Assembly (NCBI RefSeq): GCF_000018465.1
Contig: NC_010085.1
Span: forward strand, 1,350,001-1,382,000
Reading direction: 5' to 3'
From: Nitrosopumilus maritimus SCM1
GTDB lineage: Archaea > Thermoproteota > Nitrososphaeria > Nitrososphaerales > Nitrosopumilaceae
DNA length: 32,000 bases
Under the pieces are notes generated by a model that was not told the origin of the DNA, searched no databases, and was given only the letters and a program-made list of their open reading frames with translations. Positions 1-8,771 of this stretch are shown here, in pieces. How positions within the stretch are numbered: position 1 is the stretch's first letter; every line of letters begins with the position of its first letter. Both the position numbers and the translations under genes were made by a program.

Positions 1-800
1 CCAACAATGTTTCCATGCTGAGACAAGACACCTACGCCGTTGATATTTTTCTCTAAGAGAAGATTACCCGTATTTGCCAAATCATCATCATAGTTTACAG
101 AAACAATGTCTTTGCTCATGATATCTTCAACATTTACACTTGCACCAAATCCAGATTCAGAGATGAAGCCCTTTCTTGGGAAGATTACAGAGATTACAGG
201 ATCTGTATTATCAAGCACATCCTCAAAGTTTCCTTGTTTTAGTGCCAGTGCAAACAAGTCTCGAAATGTAATGATACCTACTGGAACATCTTTACGGTTA
301 CGAATGATGATTCGAGATATTTTTTCATCTATCATCTTTAGAACGATTTTGTATAATGGAGTGTCAGAATATTGCCATGCATAGTATGGAGACATGTATT
401 CTCCAACCAGTTTTTCGTCTGGATGCATCTTTGTAAAATATCTAACTAGATCAGTCTTTGTAATGATTCCAACAACCTCGTCATTAGATGTGATTACAAG
501 TGAACCGATTGATTTTGTAAGCATAATTTCAGCGCATTCAATCATGCTGGTATGCTCATCAACTGAAATTATTTTTTGAACAATTGTAGATAATGGAATA
601 TCACTTAGGTTTCTCTCAGTATCATCAGTAAGAAGAAAGATTCCCAAGTCCTTTTCAGTCACAATTCCTGTAACTTTGTCATTTTCAGTGACTAGAATTC
701 TGCTCTTTTTCTCATCAAGGATCTTCTTTAGTGCATCAGCCAGAGTGGATTCAAGTTTCATGGTTCTTGGAGCGTGTTTATAGTCTGATGCGTGTTTCAT
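1..800 (-). CDS. CBS-domain protein (four CBS repeats); 3' end runs off the window
   Basis: Absent from the ORF track because it is open at the window edge. The minus-strand frame from ATG (complement of 798-800) stays open to base 1: MKHASDYKHAPRTMKLESTLADALKKILDEKKSRILVTENDKVTGIVTEKDL... It contains repeated CBS-type strings (GIVTEKDL, GIITKTDL, GIITFRDL, GVGVLSQHGNIVG). An A/T box (complement of about 817-830) sits about 25 nt upstream of the ATG. The + strand track ORFs 106-384 and 394-579 are its antisense shadow. Confidence 0.7.
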   Translation of the reverse strand, partial: MKHASDYKHAPRTMKLESTLADALKKILDEKKSRILVTENDKVTGIVTEKDLGIFLLTDDTERNLSDIPLSTIVQKIISVDEHTSMIECAEIMLTKSIGSLVITSNDEVVGIITKTDLVRYFTKMHPDEKLVGEYMSPYYAWQYSDTPLYKIVLKMIDEKISRIIIRNRKDVPVGIITFRDLFALALKQGNFEDVLDNTDPVISVIFPRKGFISESGFGASVNVEDIMSKDIVSVNYDDDLANTGNLLLEKNINGVGVLSQHGNIV

Positions 801-891
801 ATCACAAGCAAATCGAGTATAGTATTTTATGATATTTCATATTGTCAACATTGAAAATAACTAGTGTTTATTGAAAAATGAGATTTTGAAA

Positions 892-3165
892 TTATTTATT
901 TCTCAAAACGTTTAGTGCAGAACCAGCTTTGAACCATTCGATTTGTGATTTATTGTAAGAGTGATTCAACATGATTTCTTCCTTGTTTCCATCTGCATGT
1001 GTAATGATACACTTTACCTGTTGCCCAGGTTGCAGATTATTCAAATCAACTAGACTGATCTTGTCATCTTCCAAGATTTTCTCATAATCATCAGGATTTG
1101 TAAATGTCAATGCCAACAATCCTTGTTTCTTTAGATTAGTCTCATGAATTCTTGCAAGACTCTTTGTAATTACTGCAGCACACCCTAGATATCTTGGAGT
1201 CATTGCAGCATGTTCTCTGCTGCTTCCCTCACCATAGTTGTTATCGCCGATGATTACCCAACGCATCTGTTTTTCTTTGTACTGTCTTGCAATCTGGGAA
1301 AATGATTCCAGTTCACCATTTAGAACATTCTTGCCCTTTCCAACCTCATCATTGTATGCGTTAACTGCACCAAGCAACATGTTGTCACTGAGATTATCCA
1401 AGTGACCACGCAAAGACAACCATGCACCAGCTGGTGAGATATGATCAGTTGTACACTTGCCTTTAGCTTTGACCATGATTGGAACCTCTTCAAAGTCTTT
1501 TCCATCCCATACTGGGAATGGTTCTAGTCTTTGGAGTCGTTTACTGTTAGGATCAATGATTACTTCAACATCATCAGAGTTTTCTGGTGGTGCAACAAAG
1601 ATTCCTTCAGGTCTCATGAATCCTTCTTCAGGAACTTCAGGAGCAGGTTTTGGAGGCTCTAGTTTGAACTTTGTTCCATCAGCTGCAGTCAATTCATCAA
1701 CTAGTGGATTGAATGATAATCTTCCACCTAATGATAATGCAATAATCATTTCAGGACTGCCAATGAAATTCAATGTGCTTCTGTGTCCGTCGTTTCTTCC
1801 AGGGAAGTTTCGATTAAAGGTTGTAACTATAGTGTTTTGCTCATCCTTGTCTAATTCAGGTCTGTTCCACTGACCAATGCAAGGACCACATGCATTTGCA
1901 AGAACAGTTGCACCAATGTCTTTGAGTGAATCCATCTGTCCATCGCGTTCAATTGTTCCACGAATTTGTTCTGAACCCGGAGTAACCAGTAGTGGAATCT
2001 TTGCTTTGATGCCCTTTGCTTTTGCTTGCTCAGCTAAACTTGCAGCTCTTGACATGTCTTCATATGAAGAGTTTGTACAACTGCCAATTAGTGCAACAGA
2101 GATTGGATCAACATAATCTTTTGATTTTACATCATCAGATAATTCAGAGATGGAGCGTGCCAAGTCTGGAGTGTGTGGTCCAACAATGTGTGGCTCTAGA
2201 GTTGAGAGATTAATTTCAATTACTTTATCAAAGAACTTTTCAGGATTTGATTCTACTTCAGGATCAGCTACCAAAGATTCCTTGTTTTGGTTTGCAAGTT
2301 CTGCAATGTCGCCCCTGTTTGTATATTTGAGATAAGTCTCCATTCTCTCATCATATGGGAATACAGAACATGTTGCACCAATTTCAGCTCCCATGTTAGT
2401 AATGGTGGCTTTACCAGTACAGCTAATTGATTTTGTTCCAGGACCAAAGTATTCCACAATAGAGTTGGTTCCACCTGAGACTGTAAGCTCATCAGCTACT
2501 TTGAGAATGATATCTTTAGGTGCAGTCCATCCGTTTAACTCACCTGTTAGTTTAACGCCAATTCTTTTAGGATATAGTAACTCCCAAGGCATTCCAGCCA
2601 TGGTTTCTGCTGCATCAAGACCACCAACACCGATTGCAATCATTCCAAGACCGCCTGCGTTTGGTGTGTGGGAATCTGTTCCAATCATCAATCCACCAGG
2701 AAATGCATAGTTCTCAAGAACTACTTGGTGAATGATACCAGCACCTGGCTTCCAAAAGCCACAACCATATTTGGCAGCAGCTGATTGCAAAAACTTGAAG
2801 ACTTCGCTGTTCTCATCAAGTGAAACTTTCATATCAACATCACCTTGAACTTCAGCTCGAATCAAGTGATCACAGTGAACTGTTGTTGGCAGTGCGGTTT
2901 GTTTTAGTCCAGCTTGCATGAACTGCAACATTACCATCTGTCCAGTTACATCTTGTAGTGCAACTCTGTCTGGTTTGAGAAAGACGTAATCTTTTCCACC
3001 AGTAAAGTTAGTATCATCAATTTGGTTTAGATGTCCTGATAGAATCTTTTCAGTAAGTGTTAGTGGTCTACCAGTAACGTTTCGAAATTTTGCAATATTT
3101 TCTTTTAATTTAGCATAAACACCTGAAACAAGTTCGGGAGTAGAGTCAATGTTCACAGTATGCAA
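892..3165 (-). CDS. acnA: Aconitate hydratase (aconitase)
   Basis: 757-aa ORF with aconitase family strings: IGTDSHTPNAGGLG, IGSCTNSS and NACGPCIGQW (Fe-S ligand regions), plus the C-terminal swivel domain GDNNYGEGSSREHAA. The start codon is TTG (complement of 3163-3165). There is no in-frame ATG upstream before a stop. Confidence 0.95.
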   Translation of the reverse strand: MHTVNIDSTPELVSGVYAKLKENIAKFRNVTGRPLTLTEKILSGHLNQIDDTNFTGGKDYVFLKPDRVALQDVTGQMVMLQFMQAGLKQTALPTTVHCDHLIRAEVQGDVDMKVSLDENSEVFKFLQSAAAKYGCGFWKPGAGIIHQVVLENYAFPGGLMIGTDSHTPNAGGLGMIAIGVGGLDAAETMAGMPWELLYPKRIGVKLTGELNGWTAPKDIILKVADELTVSGGTNSIVEYFGPGTKSISCTGKATITNMGAEIGATCSVFPYDERMETYLKYTNRGDIAELANQNKESLVADPEVESNPEKFFDKVIEINLSTLEPHIVGPHTPDLARSISELSDDVKSKDYVDPISVALIGSCTNSSYEDMSRAASLAEQAKAKGIKAKIPLLVTPGSEQIRGTIERDGQMDSLKDIGATVLANACGPCIGQWNRPELDKDEQNTIVTTFNRNFPGRNDGHRSTLNFIGSPEMIIALSLGGRLSFNPLVDELTAADGTKFKLEPPKPAPEVPEEGFMRPEGIFVAPPENSDDVEVIIDPNSKRLQRLEPFPVWDGKDFEEVPIMVKAKGKCTTDHISPAGAWLSLRGHLDNLSDNMLLGAVNAYNDEVGKGKNVLNGELESFSQIARQYKEKQMRWVIIGDNNYGEGSSREHAAMTPRYLGCAAVITKSLARIHETNLKKQGLLALTFTNPDDYEKILEDDKISLVDLNNLQPGQQVKCIITHADGNKEEIMLNHSYNKSQIEWFKAGSALNVLRNK

Positions 3166-3302
3166 AAAATGCAGCCCGAATTTAATATTTACAATTCAAA
3201 ATTTTCAAAAAACAACAGAATAGGCATGAAAATTCTTAACAATTATAAGCCAAAAGCAGGTTTCTATTACAGAGTTGGGGAGTAGATTTTTGAGGTGTAA
3301 AA

Positions 3303-3932
3303 ATGGTCAATAAAGGATTTCCAAAATTTGGCATGTCACAAGCTGGCGCATTTGTTGCAGCTTTGAAAAATTACAATTTACCTGATTTTATCCTGGTTCT
3401 AATTGCAAAAGAATGCAAATCAGAATTACTAGAGAGAGGAAGAATTGATGACAGATTACAAAGTATGAATGATGAAGCATTAGAGTTACTCCATAAAGTG
3501 TTTGTAGAGTGTGAAGAAGACAAGGCAGGAAAATATGCTCAATACAGATTCTATGCATATGTCTCTAGCATGTACCACAAATGCGAAGTCCTAGTCAATG
3601 AAACAATTCCAGGCAAGAAAAAGAATCACAAGATGCCAGTTGCAGTCAAAAACAATGGAATGTACATTGCAGTTGCACACAACAAAGCAACAGGACATCC
3701 AGTCAACAAGAAAGACACAACAAAGTTCTATGAGATTGTTGATGACATCAAGAGTGGTGATCACGGAACAATGCTAACTGATGCAATTTATGCTTCTTCA
3801 GTAGGATTCAGAGGCGATGCACTAGTGGAATTAGAAACTCTAAGCAAGTCAAGAAAAGATGATGCTGAAAATCAATTAAATTTCAAGACAGCAAACTTTG
3901 AAAATAATATTTACTCTGTTACAAAGTGTTAA
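3303..3932 (+). CDS. Hypothetical protein (209 aa)
   Basis: Clean ATG ORF filling the gap between divergent and convergent neighbours. I recognise no family signature. Confidence 0.6.
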   Translation: MVNKGFPKFGMSQAGAFVAALKNYNLPDFILVLIAKECKSELLERGRIDDRLQSMNDEALELLHKVFVECEEDKAGKYAQYRFYAYVSSMYHKCEVLVNETIPGKKKNHKMPVAVKNNGMYIAVAHNKATGHPVNKKDTTKFYEIVDDIKSGDHGTMLTDAIYASSVGFRGDALVELETLSKSRKDDAENQLNFKTANFENNIYSVTKC

Positions 3933-3934
3933 TT

Positions 3935-4501
3935 TTACAAATTCAGTTCTCTAGTATCCATAGTTAGAAAGGTTGGTTTTCCATCAGTCCTTTTGAAATC
4001 CTCACCATACTGTTCAAACTCTAACTGCTCAAAGAGATGTTTAGTCCAGATGTCATTGACTTCTCTTGTGTGTTTTTTGCGTCCCATCTGTCGAAGCTGT
4101 TCATTAATTATTACGTTTGATACTGCTGTACAGTTTTTTTCTGCCAAGTACAGCTCGTCGTTTTCTTCTTTTGGTTTTTGCCAAAGGACCATTCCAAAGT
4201 TTTCTGCATGATACCCATCACAGGTAGAGTCAGTCCATAATGGTCTAAAGTGAGTCAGATAGAAATGATAGATGTCTTTTCCTCTTTGCTCATGATCACG
4301 AATTAGAGTATGCGTGTCTATTCTTTGGAAGATGTTTGTGGGTTTTGTTATCATCTCATCGCATTGAATCTCATAGTCTTTGCCAAACTTTTCTTTAATC
4401 CATACCTTGAAGAATTGAGCCATCTTTTTGACATATTCGTACTCAAACTGACGCTTGGCACGCTCCTCTTCTTTTTCTAAAAAGATAAAGTGTAAAATCA
4501 T
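3935..4501 (-). CDS. Hypothetical protein (188 aa)
   Basis: ATG ORF convergent with 3303-3932 (stops 2 nt apart). No recognised motif. The antisense track ORF 3993-4211 is rejected. Confidence 0.6.
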   Translation of the reverse strand: MILHFIFLEKEEERAKRQFEYEYVKKMAQFFKVWIKEKFGKDYEIQCDEMITKPTNIFQRIDTHTLIRDHEQRGKDIYHFYLTHFRPLWTDSTCDGYHAENFGMVLWQKPKEENDELYLAEKNCTAVSNVIINEQLRQMGRKKHTREVNDIWTKHLFEQLEFEQYGEDFKRTDGKPTFLTMDTRELNL

Positions 4502-4519
4502 AATAAGAAAAAAGGGTGT

Positions 4520-4759
4520 TTATGTTTGACCTTCAATACCCATCAGGGTTAGAGTTGAACGAATCTTTTCAATTTTTCTGATCTTCCAAGTAATTGTCTC
4601 TCTAAGTTTTTCAACAGTATCAGACTCGATCTTGGCCAAAATATCATATGCACCAAAAGTTCCATGAACTTCTTTGACACCTTCTAGGCCCTTTAGTTGA
4701 GTAATAATTGCCTCTTCTGAACCTAGTTCACAGTTGATTAACACATAAGCTGTTGCCAT
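4520..4759 (-). CDS. Lrp/AsnC-family ligand-binding (RAM) domain-only protein
   Basis: The 79-aa sequence MATAYVLINCELGSEEAIITQLKGLEGVKEVHGTFGAYDILAKIE... matches the stand-alone AsnC-type beta-alpha-beta-beta-alpha-beta effector domain pattern. It has no HTH. Confidence 0.75.
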   Translation of the reverse strand: MATAYVLINCELGSEEAIITQLKGLEGVKEVHGTFGAYDILAKIESDTVEKLRETITWKIRKIEKIRSTLTLMGIEGQT

Positions 4760-4802
4760 GACTCCAGTACAAATTTCGACTATATCAATAAACCGATTAG
4801 AT

Positions 4803-5222
4803 TCATGCTTGAGAAATCTTTAGAATTTCATCCCAGATTGGTTTTGGAACAGGCATTACAGATAATCTTGAGATTCGAATTAGTTCCCAGTCTTTGAATT
4901 TTTTATTCTGTTTCATTTCATCAAGAGTTACTGGACGTTTTAGTGCTTTTTTGTATTTTACATCAACTACGATGAATCGCTCAACGTCTTCTTTTGGATT
5001 GGAATATGGTTTTGATGTAACTTGCATAATTCCAACTGCTTGTCTTTCGTCACCAGTATGGTAAAACAACACAAGATCTCCGGGTTTCATCTCTCTCATG
5101 TGTTTGAGTGCTAGATTGTTGTGTACTCCATCCCAAACTGTTGTCTTGTCTTTTTTTAGTTGCTCAAAGTTGTAACCTCTAGGTCCACTAGGTTCTTGTT
5201 TTGCCAACCAATAGTTTGCCAT
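4803..5222 (-). CDS. EVE (PUA-like) domain protein
   Basis: MANYWLAKQEPSGPRGY...WDGVHNNLALKHMREMKPGDLVLFYHTG...AVGIMQVTS is the typical EVE/DUF55 N-terminus and core. The start is moved from the track's GTG at 5288 to the ATG at complement 5220-5222, because EVE proteins begin at the YWL.K.EP motif and the upstream part overlaps a structured G+C-rich island. Confidence 0.8.
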   Translation of the reverse strand: MANYWLAKQEPSGPRGYNFEQLKKDKTTVWDGVHNNLALKHMREMKPGDLVLFYHTGDERQAVGIMQVTSKPYSNPKEDVERFIVVDVKYKKALKRPVTLDEMKQNKKFKDWELIRISRLSVMPVPKPIWDEILKISQA

Positions 5223-5265
5223 TTCAAATTTCGTAGAATCAAAGGATGTTTTATGGTTTATGAAA

Positions 5266-5420
5266 TGTTCCCCGGTTCTGACTCGCACAAGCTCATTGGT
5301 ATTTTAGCCATAACCTCCTTGGGTTCTGAAACCGGGGCTGCCCATAATGTAGCACGCCTGGGTGAATTAGAAATCATTGGTATCATTACGATCGACATCA
5401 TCCTAATCCGTCTGCGTGCC
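5266..5420 (-). ncRNA. Candidate two-hairpin H/ACA box guide sRNA (boundaries approximate)
   Basis: G+C-rich island in an AT-rich intergenic region. Hairpin 2 (5337 to 5270, minus strand): lower stem CCCCGGUU/AACCGGGG, internal loop CAGAACC/UGCGAGUCA, stem CAAG/CUUG, then a kink-turn (GA directly 5' of GGUUAU on one strand, AUACC-AAU-GA on the other) and loop GGCUAAA, followed by A-ACA (ACA = complement of 5266-5268). Hairpin 1 (5420 to 5351): lower stem GGCACGC/GCGUGCU followed directly by ACA (complement of 5348-5350), upper stem GGAUUAG/CUAAUUC running into tandem GA/GA, and the same AUACCAAUGA string. No covariance model was run. Confidence 0.5.
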
Positions 5421-5467
5421 TGCTCTTGGGCGATTAATTATAGAGCCTATCCTACTAAAAACCATTG

Positions 5468-5731
5468 ATGGAGATCAAAAACCAGACACTGTTTTTCATT
5501 GGAATTATCGTTTTGATTTTAGGGATTTTGATCATAATTTTTGATTATCCACAGATTCAGTATCTGGAAAATTCTGGTGAATCTGAAATAAATTTTCTAA
5601 AAGACATGGAGAGCTTTTCAATTTACCAAAGATTGCAAATTGAAATTACTGTTGGGGCAGGATTGTTTGTTGGAGGAATTGGATTGCTAGTTGTTTCTTT
5701 TCTAAAGAGATTTGAGAATAGACTCAGATAG
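5468..5731 (+). CDS. Small membrane protein (about 87 aa, two predicted TM helices)
   Basis: Two hydrophobic stretches (LFFIGIIVLILGILIIIF and VGAGLFVGGIGLLVVSF). The ATG at 5468 follows the track's TTG. An A/T box (5433-5445) lies about 29 nt upstream. The 3' end overlaps the convergent pheT stop by about 30 nt. Confidence 0.5.
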   Translation: MEIKNQTLFFIGIIVLILGILIIIFDYPQIQYLENSGESEINFLKDMESFSIYQRLQIEITVGAGLFVGGIGLLVVSFLKRFENRLR

Positions 5732-7345
5732 AGATATTTCAAAACCAACTACGGGTACACGGATTTTATAATTTTCAATGATTTTAGAATTAATTTCTCC
5801 AATGACACCAACTGGTTTTCCGTTAATTATCACATCTGCACAATGTCCTTTTTCAAATGTTGGATGTTGAGTGGTTTTAGTTTGAATCTCTAAATCAAAA
5901 CCAGTTTTGAGAGCTGATTGCAAGACAGATTTGATTTCAGTAAAGTTTGCGTCCTGGTGTGCACTAATTCCTGATAGATTAATGGTTTCAGAAATTGGAT
6001 TGCCTGCAGAAAATACAGTTCCAGTCTCAAATAATTTCTGAGGATATGATTCGTGAATGTTCTTTGAGAGATTCTCTAGTAATCCAGGCAAAATTGAATC
6101 ACGTAAGATTGTGTGCTCTTGACTTTTTGAATCAAGTACAGAGATGATTGTTTTAGGTTCTCTATTTGCCATTTCATAAAGAACTCTTTTGCTAGTCAAG
6201 CTAGAGTTGAGTGCTTCGAGATATCCTAATCCAATCATTGTTTGATTAAGTGACTTTAGTTCTAGGGAGACAGGGTTTGTTTGTCCAAGTGTTTGTGATG
6301 GAGAAAGTGTTGGTTCTAGATTTTGAATTCCATATCCTAGTGCAACTTCTTCTACCAAGTCCATTGGACCAAAGATATCAAAACGATATGCAGGAATTGT
6401 ACAGACAATATTCTTGCCTTTGGATACAGCATCTAGCCTCGATTTTTTCAAAGATGAGATGATTTTTGGAGTCTTAAGATCCAGTCCAAGTGTTTGATTG
6501 ATTAGTGATGGACTGACAGTCATCTTTCTTTCAGCAAGTTTTGGAGTAGTGTTTTTTGCACCAGAGATTGTTACAGTCTCCAAAGAGAATCCTGCACTTT
6601 GCAAAATTGTTGCAACAACAGATAACATGTCTTCAGCATCATCTTTGTTTATTCCAGTTACTTCAACAAATAGATTCTTTGTCTTTGTAGTTACTGTAGT
6701 TACAGCAGCATTGATTATTGGTGGAAAGGATACAGTGTTTTGATTTGCATCAATAATTACTGGCATCTTTGAGAAATTTGTAAGCAAGCTGCCATAGTCT
6801 TTTCCAACTTCTGTAGTATCTAGTATTTCAGTAATGGATAGTTCTTTCTCAGAGTTTAGTGGAATGAACTTGTGTTTTCTATCAGTAGTGGTGTATACTA
6901 GAGGGAATTGAATTTTATCTAAATCATGAATTCCAATTGAGGATTTTTTTCTCTTTCTTCCAATACCAAAGTGAAGGTCCTCTTGCATTGCCATGAGTTG
7001 CTTGATTGTTTTATCATCAATTTTGCCGTTTTTTGCAACAATTCCAGTCACAAATGGTCTTACTTTGACAACATCTGGCTTTACAGATACAGAGTATTGT
7101 TTTGATTTTTTGATTTTTAGTTTGATTGCACCAGTCTTGATTCCCAATAGTCCTTGCATGCCAAGTGCAATTCCAAAGTCAGTAGAATAGTCAGGTCTGT
7201 TTGGACTGTACTCTATTCTGACAAGATCCTTGTCTTCAGATTCAATGTCTAATCCCAGAAAAGGCAAAAAATCTGCAATCTGTTTTTTCGAAGCCTTTCC
7301 AATTAGTTTCTGAAGACTAGAATAGGATAACTCTACTACTGGCAT
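5702..7345 (-). CDS. pheT: Phenylalanyl-tRNA synthetase beta subunit (archaeal type)
   Basis: About 547 aa with the archaeal PheRS-beta layout (B3/4 and B5 region, class II-like C-terminal fold), directly downstream of pheS. The start is moved to MPVVELSYSSLQKLIG (ATG, complement 7343-7345), which overlaps the pheS stop by 10 nt. Confidence 0.92.
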   Translation of the reverse strand: MPVVELSYSSLQKLIGKASKKQIADFLPFLGLDIESEDKDLVRIEYSPNRPDYSTDFGIALGMQGLLGIKTGAIKLKIKKSKQYSVSVKPDVVKVRPFVTGIVAKNGKIDDKTIKQLMAMQEDLHFGIGRKRKKSSIGIHDLDKIQFPLVYTTTDRKHKFIPLNSEKELSITEILDTTEVGKDYGSLLTNFSKMPVIIDANQNTVSFPPIINAAVTTVTTKTKNLFVEVTGINKDDAEDMLSVVATILQSAGFSLETVTISGAKNTTPKLAERKMTVSPSLINQTLGLDLKTPKIISSLKKSRLDAVSKGKNIVCTIPAYRFDIFGPMDLVEEVALGYGIQNLEPTLSPSQTLGQTNPVSLELKSLNQTMIGLGYLEALNSSLTSKRVLYEMANREPKTIISVLDSKSQEHTILRDSILPGLLENLSKNIHESYPQKLFETGTVFSAGNPISETINLSGISAHQDANFTEIKSVLQSALKTGFDLEIQTKTTQHPTFEKGHCADVIINGKPVGVIGEINSKIIENYKIRVPVVGFEISLSESILKSL

Positions 7346-8727
7346 TTTGTTGCACTCCTCAACCAACTCAGATTATTGTTGTAAAATTCTCTAACATCAT
7401 CTAGACCATACTTTAGCATGGCAATTCTCTCAATTCCTCCACCCCATGCCAAGACAGGCTTTGTGATTCCTAGTGGCTTTGTTACTTCAGGTCTGAATAT
7501 TCCCATTCCAAATAGCTCAACCCATTTTCCTAGTCTTTCATTGTACACCATAGTTTGAAGTGATGGTTCAGTGTATGGGAAGAATGTTGGCCAGAACTTT
7601 ATCTTTGTAATTCCAATTCTCTTGTAAAATTCTCGCTGAATTCCCATCAAGTTTCTCAAGTTAGCATCCTTTCCAACAACTACACCTTCAATTTGATTAA
7701 ACTCTACAAGATGCTTGTAGCTTACTTTTTCATTTCTAAATACACGGCCCAAAGAGAATACTCGAGCCTCATCAGGTTTTGTTTCAGCAAGATGTTTGAT
7801 TGTAACACATGTGGTGTGAGTACGCAATACAATCTTTCGTGCTTCGTTAATGTCCCATTGGTATCTCCAATTTTTTTTGTGAGAGTCTGAAACTTTGCGT
7901 ATTTGATCAGGTGTTGCAATCTTTTTTGCAGATATTCCATCAAGATAAAATGTATCTTGTAGTTCTCTTGCAGGATGGTCTTGTGGAGTAAATAATGCAT
8001 CAAAGTTCCAAAAGCTTGATTGTGTCATGTTTCCATAAATTTCAGAAAATCCCAAAGTGACAAAGATTTCTCGAATTTCATCAATAGTATCTTTTAGTGG
8101 ATGAGTCCTTGCAACAAAGACTTCAGGTACCTTTGCCTCCACATCAATGCCTCCAGAGGATGCATCAAGATTGATTGATTTTGCTGAATCAGTTAGAGAG
8201 ATTTGTTTTGTCTTTACAACTTCTTCTACAACAAAGTCTGGACGTTTGAGCAATCCAGCCAAGTCGTCTGAATCTAGTTCATCGGCTGATAGTTTAGAGT
8301 CTCCAATTTGTTTGAGAGACTTTTCTCCAGGTAAAACATCGGGAGGATTCTTTAGAGTGATTGTATCTCCTGCAGCATCTACCCAGTTGTTTTTTCTTGC
8401 CAGTCCCATGGCAGGCCCAAACACTGGACCCAGTTCCTTTTGTAAATCAGATAATTTTGATTTGGTCTTTAGTAAATCCAAGAATCTTCTTTCAGGTAAT
8501 CCCTTCTCAAGTGACTCTTTTCCGTTCTTGCCCAAAGTAATGATACTTGATTTTGATTCATCAACATTTGCAAGTTCTTTTAGTTTGAGCCATTCAATTC
8601 CGCGTCGGATTTGATCAGGGGAAAGTTTTGTAGATTTTTCAAGATTTTCAGGAGTTTGCTTTGGGTTGTCTTTTAGTGATGTGATAATTTTTTTTTCAAT
8701 ATCATGGAAGACCTGTGACAACACCAA
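7336..8727 (-). CDS. pheS: Phenylalanyl-tRNA synthetase alpha subunit
   Basis: Class II aaRS core strings: FRNEKVSYKHLVEFNQIEG (motif 2 region) and AWGGGIERIAMLKYG (motif 3 region). It has the N-terminal winged-helix repeats typical of archaeal/eukaryotic PheRS alpha. GTG start per track. Confidence 0.95.
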   Translation of the reverse strand: MVLSQVFHDIEKKIITSLKDNPKQTPENLEKSTKLSPDQIRRGIEWLKLKELANVDESKSSIITLGKNGKESLEKGLPERRFLDLLKTKSKLSDLQKELGPVFGPAMGLARKNNWVDAAGDTITLKNPPDVLPGEKSLKQIGDSKLSADELDSDDLAGLLKRPDFVVEEVVKTKQISLTDSAKSINLDASSGGIDVEAKVPEVFVARTHPLKDTIDEIREIFVTLGFSEIYGNMTQSSFWNFDALFTPQDHPARELQDTFYLDGISAKKIATPDQIRKVSDSHKKNWRYQWDINEARKIVLRTHTTCVTIKHLAETKPDEARVFSLGRVFRNEKVSYKHLVEFNQIEGVVVGKDANLRNLMGIQREFYKRIGITKIKFWPTFFPYTEPSLQTMVYNERLGKWVELFGMGIFRPEVTKPLGITKPVLAWGGGIERIAMLKYGLDDVREFYNNNLSWLRSATKCQ

Positions 8728-8771
8728 AACTTCGAAAAAGACTTTTTAAACCTTAACCTAAGTCAATTTGA

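Noticed and set aside
106-579. Track ORFs 106-384 and 394-579 on the + strand
   Set aside because: They are Ser/Ile/Phe-rich shadows antisense to a much longer minus-strand frame. That frame encodes recognisable CBS repeats and is open to the window edge.
1320-2710. Nested ORFs on both strands inside the aconitase gene; similarly 22563-23096 inside the DHH nuclease, 26518-27318 inside the GGR-like gene, and 29888-30277 inside the VWA gene
   Set aside because: All lie within strongly supported genes with clear family motifs. Long antisense ORFs are expected here, and none shows a recognisable domain.
5223-5288. N-terminal extension of the EVE ORF to the GTG at 5288
   Set aside because: EVE-domain proteins start at the M..YWL.K.EP motif found at the internal ATG (5222). 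The extension would run into the lower stem and ACA box of the candidate sRNA.
5262-5460. SRP RNA, RNase P RNA or a riboswitch as the explanation for the G+C-rich island
   Set aside because: I could not find the SRP helix-8 GGAA/AGCA motifs, the RNase P GAGGAAAGUCC or ACAGAA..GGCUUA strings, or TPP/fluoride riboswitch cores. The approximately 155-190 nt length is also too short for archaeal SRP or type A RNase P RNA.
5160-5468. 102-aa + strand ORF spanning the EVE start and the G+C-rich island
   Set aside because: No family resemblance. It overlaps the EVE coding region antisense, and its G+C-rich half is better explained by paired RNA stems.
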